Source: Candidatus Sericytochromatia bacterium
GTDB lineage: Bacteria > Cyanobacteriota > Sericytochromatia > S15B-MN24 > UBA4093
NCBI GenBank assembly: GCA_036676985.1
Contig: JAKFBU010000056.1
Location: 160,001 to 224,000 of the forward strand
DNA length: 64,000 bases
Direction of reading: 5' to 3'
The translations under genes and the position numbers were made by a program. The notes below the pieces were generated by a model, which ran no database searches, was not told the origin of the DNA, and saw only the letters and a list, made by a program, of their open reading frames with translations. Below, in pieces: positions 56,515-64,000 of this stretch (positions are counted from its first letter, which is position 1; each line of letters opens with the position of its first letter).

Positions 56515-57903
56515 ATGCAGGCCACCGATCCGTCCGTCGCCCCCTACACCGAAGAGACCATCCAGCACCTCAAGCCGCCCGCGCCCCCCTCGGCCTTCGA
56601 GCACAAGAACCTGGTACAGGGCGAGTTCTGGCGCCGCATCCCGGCCTACAAGGACGTGGACGAGGAGACCTTCCTCAACCACATCTGGCAGGGCAAGAAC
56701 TCGATCACGACCCCGGACAAGCTGCTCGAGACCATCCAGGAGCTCGCCCCCGCGCAGTTCATCGAGGACGCGCGCCTCGGCTTCGCCAAGGCCCCCATGG
56801 CCGTGCGCGTCTCGCCCTACATGATCGCCAACATCGACTGGAACGATCCGTACAACGATCCGATCCGGACCCAGTTCCTGCCCGTGGCGACGCGCATGCT
56901 GCCCGACCACCCCATGCTCACGCTCGACTCGCTGCATGAGCAGGAGGATGCCCCCACCCCGGGCCTGACGCACCGCTATCACGACAAGGCGCTGTTCCTG
57001 CCCCTGGACATCTGCCCGGTCTACTGCCGCTTCTGCACCCGCTCCTACGCCGTCGGCCTCGACACCGAGACCGTCGAGAAGGTCCAGCTCTCGCCCTCGC
57101 CCAGCCGCTGGGCCAAGGCCTTCAAGTACATCTCGGAGCGCCCCGAGCTCGAGGACATCGTGATCTCGGGCGGCGACACCTACCAGCTCGCCGCCAAGAA
57201 CCTGCGCCTCATCGGTGAGACCCTGCTCAAGATGGACAACATCCGGCGCATCCGCTTCGCCACCAAGGGCCCGGCGGTCATGCCCATGAAGATCCTGAGC
57301 GACAACGACTGGTTCAACGCGATCGCCGACGTCGCCGACATGGGCCGTAAGATGGGCAAGGAGGTCGTCCTCCACACCCACTTCAACAACCCCAACGAGA
57401 TCACCTGGATCACCGAGAAGGCCATGCGCCGGTTCTTCGAGCGCGGCGTCTACGTCCGCAACCAGTCGGTGCTCCAGCGCGGCGTCAACGACCGCAAGGA
57501 GACCATGCAGCTCCTGGTCAAGCGCCTCGGCCACGTGAACGTGCACCCCTACTACGTCTACCAGCACGACATGGTCAAGGGAACCGAGGACCTGCGCACG
57601 ACGCTCCAGACCGCCCTCGACATCGAGAAGTGGGTGCGCGGCACCACGGCCGGCTTCAACACGCCGACCTTCGTCTGCGACGCGCCCGGCGGCGGCGGCA
57701 AGCGTGACGCCCACTCCTTCGAGTACTACGATCGCGAGAACGGCATCGCCGTCTACACCGCCCCCAGCGTCAAGCAGGACCAGTCCTTCCTGTACTTCGA
57801 TCCCGTCGATCAGCTGGGTCCCGAGGCGCAGGCTCGCTGGGCGAACCCGGCGGAGCGCGAGGCGATGATCGCCGAGGCCAAGCGCAAGGCCGGCGTTCGC
57901 TAG
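56515..57903 (+). CDS. kamA: Lysine 2,3-aminomutase (radical SAM/PLP)
   Basis: THRYHDKAL, CPVYCRFCTR, SGGD, DAPGGGGK; AAGGAG RBS; pathway context. Confidence 0.9.
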   Translation: MQATDPSVAPYTEETIQHLKPPAPPSAFEHKNLVQGEFWRRIPAYKDVDEETFLNHIWQGKNSITTPDKLLETIQELAPAQFIEDARLGFAKAPMAVRVSPYMIANIDWNDPYNDPIRTQFLPVATRMLPDHPMLTLDSLHEQEDAPTPGLTHRYHDKALFLPLDICPVYCRFCTRSYAVGLDTETVEKVQLSPSPSRWAKAFKYISERPELEDIVISGGDTYQLAAKNLRLIGETLLKMDNIRRIRFATKGPAVMPMKILSDNDWFNAIADVADMGRKMGKEVVLHTHFNNPNEITWITEKAMRRFFERGVYVRNQSVLQRGVNDRKETMQLLVKRLGHVNVHPYYVYQHDMVKGTEDLRTTLQTALDIEKWVRGTTAGFNTPTFVCDAPGGGGKRDAHSFEYYDRENGIAVYTAPSVKQDQSFLYFDPVDQLGPEAQARWANPAEREAMIAEAKRKAGVR

Positions 57904-57913
57904 GACATGACGA

Positions 57914-57939
57914 CGGGGCCCGCCTTTCGGCGGGCCCCG
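57914..57939. terminator. Terminator between convergent genes
   Basis: CGGGGCCCGCC-TTTC-GGCGGGCCCCG. Confidence 0.75.
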
Positions 57940-57952
57940 AGTCGTTTCTCCC

Positions 57953-58240
57953 TTACCAGATGATGTTGACGGGCGGTTTGGCCTGAGGAGCCTTGGTCTG
58001 GACGCGCTTGCCCTGCAGCGCCGCCATGATTCGCGCCTGATCGAAGCCGACAATGGGCTCGCCGTCGATCATGGTGACCGGCGTCCCCCGGAAGCCGCGG
58101 CTCAGGAACTCCTGCCGCGCCTGGGGATCGCGCGTCACGTCCTTGACCGTGTAGCTCACCCCCATGCGGGTCAAGAGGTCCTTGACCATGCGGCATGGCG
58201 GGCATCCTTCCATCGAGTAGACGATGACCTCGTTCGCCAT
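57953..58240 (-). CDS. Glutaredoxin/NrdH-like protein
   Basis: CPPC, GTPV, IVGFD. Confidence 0.85.
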   Translation of the reverse strand: MANEVIVYSMEGCPPCRMVKDLLTRMGVSYTVKDVTRDPQARQEFLSRGFRGTPVTMIDGEPIVGFDQARIMAALQGKRVQTKAPQAKPPVNIIW

Positions 58241-58314
58241 TGGGACACCTCCGCGTGAAAAAACCCTCCACCGGCTAGATCCTAGCTCCAGTGAAGGGTT
58301 GCGGCATCGGGTGC

Positions 58315-59241
58315 CTAGCCGTTGGGGCGCATCCGGCGGAACTCGAAGGCCGGCTGGCCGCTACGAGCGGGGGGCTGCTGTCCCTCGAGCACGATCCCGG
58401 GCTGGGCCGCGGGCGGGGTGGGACGCTGACCCGCGGGAGGCACGGGGCGCTGCGCCGTCGGCGGGGTCGGGCGCCAGACCTGGGGCGCGCCCAGCACGGG
58501 CGAGGTCGCCGGAGGCGTCGGGCGCTGGGGGGTGACCGGCGGCAGGTCCTTGGGACCGCCCTCGGTGGGGTCGTAGGGGTGCTGCGCGTCGAGCTGGTTG
58601 GCCTCGCCGGTGACAGTGGCGATGGTCTCCATGCGGGCGTGGTTGGTGAGGGCCGCCGAGCCGCCGCGGATGGCGCCCGCAAGGGCGATGAGGACGACGG
58701 AGGTCAAGGCGACGCCGAGGGCGCCCAGGGTGATGGGCTGCGCCATGGTGGCGAGCACGGCGCCGAAGCCCTTGGTGATGAGGCCGAGCGGCTTGGCGAA
58801 GGCGAGCAGGGTCGCGCCGCCCGCGAGGGTGAGGGCGCCGGCGCCGACGATGTTGCCGAGGGTGGTCTTCGCGAGCTGGCTGATGGTCGCGAACGCATCC
58901 CCGAGGCTGGCCTTGGCGCCCTCGACGACGCCCTCGACAAAGCTCGTGCGCTCGTTCTCGAAGGCGACGAGCTTGGCGCGCTTGCCGTTGACCTCGATGG
59001 TCGGCTCCTTGGCGGTGCCGCGGAAGCCGAAGTCGAGCCGATCGCCGTAGACGATGATGCGCTGGGTCTTGCCCTGCTCGTCCTTGACGTTGATGTAGTA
59101 CTCGTCGAGCCCATTCTCCTTGGTCGTGCCCACGGCCGTGTGCACCGGCATGTCCTTGCGGACGTGGGCGATGCCCTGGTAGTTGACAGCCTTGCCGTTG
59201 ATGCGGATGACGTCGTTGCCGTGACCCGAGATGACTGGCAT
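58315..59241 (-). CDS. Hypothetical membrane protein with Pro-rich C-terminus
   Basis: AAGGAG RBS; two hydrophobic helices. Confidence 0.65.
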   Translation of the reverse strand: MPVISGHGNDVIRINGKAVNYQGIAHVRKDMPVHTAVGTTKENGLDEYYINVKDEQGKTQRIIVYGDRLDFGFRGTAKEPTIEVNGKRAKLVAFENERTSFVEGVVEGAKASLGDAFATISQLAKTTLGNIVGAGALTLAGGATLLAFAKPLGLITKGFGAVLATMAQPITLGALGVALTSVVLIALAGAIRGGSAALTNHARMETIATVTGEANQLDAQHPYDPTEGGPKDLPPVTPQRPTPPATSPVLGAPQVWRPTPPTAQRPVPPAGQRPTPPAAQPGIVLEGQQPPARSGQPAFEFRRMRPNG

Positions 59242-59403
59242 GAGGTGGTCTCTCCTTGAAGGGTGGGGCTCCATTTAAGAGCTTATTACTCTTACCTTTA
59301 TATAGTCTTAACCTTCGCGAAAGTTGCGTGATCGAGGGGAGAAATCTGAACTTATTCTCCGGGAGGCTTGTGATGTCACGGTTTTGCGGACCTCAGTTGG
59401 AAT

Positions 59404-59540
59404 AAGGAGGACCCCCCTCTAGAGGGGGGGAAGGGTCATGGGTGGGTGGAAAGCAAGGCTACTCCTTAGGATCTTGGCTCTAACAACCCCTCCCAAGAGC
59501 TTCCCCCCCTCTAGAGGGGGGGCTAGGGGGGGTCCTCCTT
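59404..59540. repeat. Paired-palindrome element, variant copy 3
   Basis: AAGGAGGACCCCCCTCTAGAGGGGGGG ... CCCCCCCTCTAGAGGGGGGG...GGTCCTCCTT. Confidence 0.7.
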
Positions 59541-59554
59541 GTTCTTCCCCACGC

Positions 59555-59588
59555 AAAAAGCCCGCCTGGGTTACACCAGGCGGGCTTT
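59555..59588 (-). terminator. Intrinsic terminator
   Basis: AAAAAGCCCGCCTGG...CCAGGCGGGCTTT. Confidence 0.8.
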
Positions 59589-59601
59589 AGACTTGTCCGT
59601 C

Positions 59602-60402
59602 TTAGAAGAGGTAACCCAGCAGCTCGATCAGCAGACCACCCGAGGTCACCTCGCCGGTGTTGGCGTCCACCACGACCGACGGCTTGTTGCGCTCGTCCAG
59701 GAACACCCACTGCGGCCCGACGATGTACGGGTTGAGCATCAGGACCTTCACCGTGCCGCGGGTCGGGTTGGTGTAGGCGTGGTACTGGGCCCGGTTGTAC
59801 GCCTCGCGCCCGCTGACGGGGTAGATGTCGCGCGGCTCCTGCAGGAAGGTCGCAATCAGCTTGCCCGCGTACTGGACGACCAGCCCCGTGGTCTCGTACT
59901 GCCCGCGACGGTTGCCCCAGAAGCCGTAGTCGATGGTGAGCATGCGCTTCTTCTGCGCCGAGTAGTACACGTGGCGCGAGTTGCCGAACCACGAGATCGT
60001 CTTGTAGCCCCAGCCCAGCCACAGCTGCTTGGCGTCCGACGCCCACTCGCGGGCGGCCGCATCGGCCTTCACCTGCGTCTTCTCCGGGGTCGTCTGCACC
60101 CCGAAGCCGCCCTCGTCGAGGACGTCCAGGTTCTCGAGGTCCGTCACGACCGGGCCGTGCGCGGCGATCGCCTTGGCCATCGCGAGCGCCTCGGCACGGC
60201 GATCCTGAGCGGCGGGCGCCGCGGCCACGGGCACCAGGCGGGCGGCATCGACGTCGGCAGGGGCATCCGCCAGGGCCTTCACGGGCTGAGCGGCGACCGG
60301 GGCCTTGGCCGCGGGGGCCACGGCGGCAATCGTATGGGGAGTCTGGACGCCACAGCCGGCGACGAGCGCGCTGAGGGCCATCCACGTCACGAACTTCTTC
60401 AC
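59602..60402 (-). CDS. Hypothetical lipoprotein
   Basis: MKKFVTWMALSALVAGC lipobox; AGGAG RBS; TATAAT upstream. Confidence 0.75.
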   Translation of the reverse strand: MKKFVTWMALSALVAGCGVQTPHTIAAVAPAAKAPVAAQPVKALADAPADVDAARLVPVAAAPAAQDRRAEALAMAKAIAAHGPVVTDLENLDVLDEGGFGVQTTPEKTQVKADAAAREWASDAKQLWLGWGYKTISWFGNSRHVYYSAQKKRMLTIDYGFWGNRRGQYETTGLVVQYAGKLIATFLQEPRDIYPVSGREAYNRAQYHAYTNPTRGTVKVLMLNPYIVGPQWVFLDERNKPSVVVDANTGEVTSGGLLIELLGYLF

Positions 60403-60607
60403 GGAGGTGCTCCTAGGGAAAGGTGAGGGGTCGGAGGCTTCCTTTAAGATTATATAAAAGAACCTTTAAAACTTGCTTACCTTTCGATAACCTTTTTTGC
60501 CGAAATCCGCCCCGGGCGCTCGGCAAGGGTTGCCAAGGCCCTGCAACCAGGCTAACGTGAGGAGGAGTCGCGCCGTCCAGGCGTTTGCAGCACAGAGAGG
60601 AGCGATC

Positions 60608-61357
60608 ATGCCGACCCGGATCCGGGAACAGCGCCAGGATGACGTCGTCACCCTCGTCCTCGACGGCGAGCATGGCCTCAACGTTCTCGATCGCAGCACG
60701 CTCGTCGAGCTGCACCAGGTGCTCGAGCGGCTCACCGAAAGCCACGGCATCGCGGCCCTCATCCTGACGGGCGAGGGCACCCGCGCCTTCAGCGCCGGCG
60801 CCAACCTCAACGAGCTGGCCGAGCTGAACGCCACCACGGCCCTCGGCTTCTCCCACCTGGGCCAGACCATCACGGGGCTCCTCGCCGACTTCCCGGCGCC
60901 CGTCATCGCCGCCGTCAACGGCCTCTGCTACGGCGGCGGCCTGGAGCTCGCCGTCGCCTGCGACTTCCGGATCGCGGCCCCGCATGCGCGCTTCGCCTAC
61001 CCCGCGAGCAAGCTCGGGATCCTGCCCGGCTTCGGCGGCACCCAGCGCTGCCCCCTGCTCATCGGCGGCTCGCGCACCAAGGAGCTCATGTTCCTCGGCC
61101 GAGTGGTGGACGCCGCCACGGCCCTGCACTGGGGCCTCCTCAACGAGGTCGCCCCGGACGCCCTCGGCGAGGCCATGCGCTGGGCCCGCGAGCTGGTCGA
61201 GCGCGACGCCTACGCCATCCGCCAGGTCAAGGAGACCATCGGCATGACCGAGCGCGCGGACTTCTTCTTCGAGCAGGAGGCCTTCGCCAACTGCTTCCGG
61301 CAGCCGGGCATCCAGGAGCGGCTGCGCAACTGGCAGGCCTCCACCTCCGACCGCTAA
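60608..61357 (+). CDS. Enoyl-CoA hydratase/isomerase family protein
   Basis: AFSAGAN, AAVNG, GGGLELAVACD, PGFGGTQR. Confidence 0.88.
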   Translation: MPTRIREQRQDDVVTLVLDGEHGLNVLDRSTLVELHQVLERLTESHGIAALILTGEGTRAFSAGANLNELAELNATTALGFSHLGQTITGLLADFPAPVIAAVNGLCYGGGLELAVACDFRIAAPHARFAYPASKLGILPGFGGTQRCPLLIGGSRTKELMFLGRVVDAATALHWGLLNEVAPDALGEAMRWARELVERDAYAIRQVKETIGMTERADFFFEQEAFANCFRQPGIQERLRNWQASTSDR

Positions 61358-61361
61358 CTCC

Positions 61362-61655
61362 ATGGAGCTCGAGGACCTCACCCGCCGCATGCACGCCTTC
61401 GTCGAGTCGAAGGGCTTCTACGCGCCGGACAGCAAGCACCCCCAGACGCCCGAGAACCTCGCCAAGTCCCTCATGATCGAGGCGGCCGAGGTGCTCGAGC
61501 TGTACCAGTGGGGAGAGACGCCCGATCCGCAGGCGCTCGGCTCCGAACTCGCGGACGTCTTCCTCTACCTGCTCCAGCTGGCCGATCTGTCGGGCGTCGA
61601 CCTCGCCCGGGCCACCCTCGCCAAGCTCGACGTCAACCGCGATCGCGAGTGGTAA
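61362..61655 (+). CDS. MazG-like nucleotide pyrophosphohydrolase
   Basis: EAAEVLE...ELADV. Confidence 0.8.
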   Translation: MELEDLTRRMHAFVESKGFYAPDSKHPQTPENLAKSLMIEAAEVLELYQWGETPDPQALGSELADVFLYLLQLADLSGVDLARATLAKLDVNRDREW

Positions 61656-61790
61656 GCGCCTGCCCGCCCGGGCCTGGCGCTAATGGCGCGCCGTGCTAGA
61701 ATATTAAAGGCGAATTAACCCCCGTATCGCCCATCATTGCTGGTTTTTACGAGCCTGCACGGCTCGATGTTGAACAACGAGGTTCATCCG

Positions 61791-63002
61791 ATGGAACGCA
61801 CCGTCATCGTGAGCACCGCACGCACTCCCTTCGGGAAGCTGAGCGGGGCCCTCTCCTCCTTCACGGCCCCCGAGCTGGGCGCCCTGGTCATCCGCGAGGC
61901 CCTCTCGCGCGCGGGCGTTGCCCCCGAGACCGTCGACAACGTCCTGATGGGCATCGTGCTCCAGGCCGGTGTGGGTCAGATCCCCTCGCGCCAGGCGGCC
62001 ATGAAGGCCGGCGTCCCCGCGCACGTCGCCTCCCTGACCCTCAACAAGGTCTGCGCCTCGGGCATGCGCGCTGTCACCCTCGCCGATCAGCTCGCGCGGG
62101 TCGAGGACGGCGAGATCTTCGTGGCGGGCGGCATGGAGAGCATGACCAACGCCCCCTACATGCTCAAGAAGGCGCGCGGCGGCTACCGCATGGGCAATGG
62201 CGAGATCCTGGACGGCATGATGTACGACGGCCTCACCTGCGCGTTCCACAACGTCGCCATGGGCGTGCACGGCGACACCACCGCCGCCGAGTTCGGCCAG
62301 AGCCGCGAGGAGATGGACGAGTGGGCCGCGCGCAGCCACCGCCTCGCCCACGAGGCGACCGAGGCGGGCCGCATGGCCGCCGAGATCCTCCCCCTCGAGG
62401 TGACGGTCGGCCGCAACAAGCCGCCCGTCACCGTGAGCCGGGACGAGAGCATCCGCCCCGACTCGAACCTGGAGGCCCTCTCCAAGCTCCGCCCCGCCTT
62501 CACCAAGGACGGCGTCATCACCGCGGGCAACGCCCCCGGCATCAGCGACGGAGCGGCGGCGCTCGTCGTCATGACCGAGCGCAAGGCCCATGAGCTCGGT
62601 CTCAAGCCGCTCGCCGCCATCGTCGGTCACGCCAAGGTCGGCGAGGAGCCCCGCTACCTCTCGACGGTGCCCGGCCTCGCCATCCAGAAGGCCCTCGCCA
62701 AGGCCGGCCTCACGGTCGACCAGCTGGATCTCCTCGAGATCAACGAGGCCTTCGCGGCCGTGACCCTGCGCTCGACCGAGCTGCTGGCCAACGGCGACGC
62801 AGGCCTCAAGGCCGCTCTGCGCGAGCGCACCAACGTCAACGGCGGCGCCATCGCGCTCGGCCATCCCATCGGCGCCTCGGGCGCGCGCATCGTCGCGAGC
62901 CTCGCCCACGAGCTCAACCGCCGCGGCGGGCGCTACGGCGTCGCCGCCATCTGCTCGGGTGCCGCCCAGGGCGACGCCGTCATTCTGGAACGAATCTCCT
63001 AG
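61791..63002 (+). CDS. Acetyl-CoA C-acetyltransferase (thiolase)
   Basis: NKVCASG, NEAF, GHPIGASG, ICSG. Confidence 0.93.
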   Translation: MERTVIVSTARTPFGKLSGALSSFTAPELGALVIREALSRAGVAPETVDNVLMGIVLQAGVGQIPSRQAAMKAGVPAHVASLTLNKVCASGMRAVTLADQLARVEDGEIFVAGGMESMTNAPYMLKKARGGYRMGNGEILDGMMYDGLTCAFHNVAMGVHGDTTAAEFGQSREEMDEWAARSHRLAHEATEAGRMAAEILPLEVTVGRNKPPVTVSRDESIRPDSNLEALSKLRPAFTKDGVITAGNAPGISDGAAALVVMTERKAHELGLKPLAAIVGHAKVGEEPRYLSTVPGLAIQKALAKAGLTVDQLDLLEINEAFAAVTLRSTELLANGDAGLKAALRERTNVNGGAIALGHPIGASGARIVASLAHELNRRGGRYGVAAICSGAAQGDAVILERIS

Positions 63003-63026
63003 TCTGAGAGAAAGGACATTTCCTCG

Positions 63027-63908
63027 ATGAATATCAACGTGGTGGCCGTCCTCGGCGGCGGTCAGATGGGATCGGGCATCGCCCAGGTCTTCGCCCAGAA
63101 GGGCTACCGGACGCTCGTGTACGACGTGGTGCCTTCCTCCCTGGAGAAGTCGCGCAAGGGCATCGACAAGAACCTGTCGCGCATGGTCGAGAAGGGCAAG
63201 CTGACCGAGGACGAGAAGAACACGGTCATGGCCCAGCTCACCTGGACGGCGAACCTGGCGGACCTCGCCGAGGCGGATCTCGTCATCGAGGCCATCGTCG
63301 AGAAGCTCGAGACCAAGCTCCAGACCTGGAAGCAGGTCGACGAGCTGTGCCGGCCCGACGCCATCTTCGCCTCCAACACGTCGAGCCTGCCCATCACCCA
63401 GCTCGCCAACGGCGTGAGCCGCCCCGAGCGGTTCATCGGCATGCACTTCATGAACCCGGTGCCCGTCATGCAGCTGGTCGAGATCATCCGCGGCTTCGTG
63501 ACCTCGGACGAGGTCTACCAGACCGTGTTCGAGACGGCCAAGGCCCTCGGCAAGACGCCCGTCACCGTCAACGACGCGCCCGGCTTCATCTCCAACCGCA
63601 TCCTCATGCCCATGATCAACGAGGCCATCTTCTGCCTGGGCGAGGGCATCGCCACCAAGGAAGACATCGACACGGTCATGAAGCTCGGGATGAACCATCC
63701 CATGGGCCCCCTGACGCTCGCCGACTTCATCGGCCTCGACACCTGCCTCTTCATCATGGAAGTCCTCTACAACGACTTCTCGGACTCCAAGTACCGGCCG
63801 GCGCCCCTCCTGCGCAAGATGGTCCAGGCGGGCCTCTTGGGCCGCAAGACGGGCCGCGGCTTCTATGACTACACCGAGACGGCCCAGAAGACCGTCGCCG
63901 TCAAGTAG
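63027..63908 (+). CDS. hbd: 3-hydroxybutyryl-CoA dehydrogenase
   Basis: [27 protein letters not shown]. Confidence 0.93.
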   Translation: MNINVVAVLGGGQMGSGIAQVFAQKGYRTLVYDVVPSSLEKSRKGIDKNLSRMVEKGKLTEDEKNTVMAQLTWTANLADLAEADLVIEAIVEKLETKLQTWKQVDELCRPDAIFASNTSSLPITQLANGVSRPERFIGMHFMNPVPVMQLVEIIRGFVTSDEVYQTVFETAKALGKTPVTVNDAPGFISNRILMPMINEAIFCLGEGIATKEDIDTVMKLGMNHPMGPLTLADFIGLDTCLFIMEVLYNDFSDSKYRPAPLLRKMVQAGLLGRKTGRGFYDYTETAQKTVAVK

Positions 63909-63917
63909 GAGACCCCC

Positions 63918-64000
63918 ATGGAGCTGGAGCTTTCCGAACAGCAACGCGCCCTCCAGGAGATGGTGCAGACCTTCGCGACCCGCGAGATCCTGCCCCACAC
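63918..64000 (+). CDS. Acyl-CoA dehydrogenase, N-terminal fragment (runs off the window)
   Basis: MELELSEQQRALQEMVQTFATREILPH, typical ACAD N-terminus; AGGAG RBS. Confidence 0.7.
   Translation, partial: MELELSEQQRALQEMVQTFATREILPH

Noticed and set aside
56515-57903. EpmB (EF-P beta-lysylation) assignment
   Set aside because: Length and the neighbouring kamBDE/kce/kdd genes favour catabolic KamA; no efp or epmA nearby
61362-61655. MazG as an anti-phage defence gene
   Set aside because: Small housecleaning-type protein in a metabolic context with no defence partners

Overview
GC-rich, gene-dense bacterial chromosome window with about 62 supportable CDSs. I saw no rRNA, tRNA, CRISPR array or transposase. 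A TonB-dependent receptor indicates a diderm envelope. The many unknown lipoproteins and the repeat style suggest a Sericytochromatia-like non-photosynthetic relative of cyanobacteria, but this is inference only. Main blocks: an SdpI/SdpR/ABC/CPBP immunity-type operon (1.4-4.9 kb); an operon with a double-length tryptophanase/tyrosine phenol-lyase fusion, queG and a diguanylate cyclase (7.8-12.7 kb); mutarotase-nagA-galK (15.8-19.1 kb); a repeat-flanked signalling locus (19.3-28 kb); secreted or effector-like unknowns (31-37, 41, 51 kb); a GldA/F/G-DUF4340 ABC system; a Kelch-Kelch-subtilase lipoprotein operon; and a split lysine-fermentation cluster (kamA, kamB, kamDE, kce, kdd; no kal or kamC seen) with carboxyltransferase and butyryl-CoA module genes. 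The best candidate for a new system is the signalling locus. There a TonB receptor and a LivJ-like lipoprotein are divergent from a SiaABCD-like partner switch, whose membrane phosphatase carries its sensor domain on a roughly 22 nm stalk built of 15-residue repeats.
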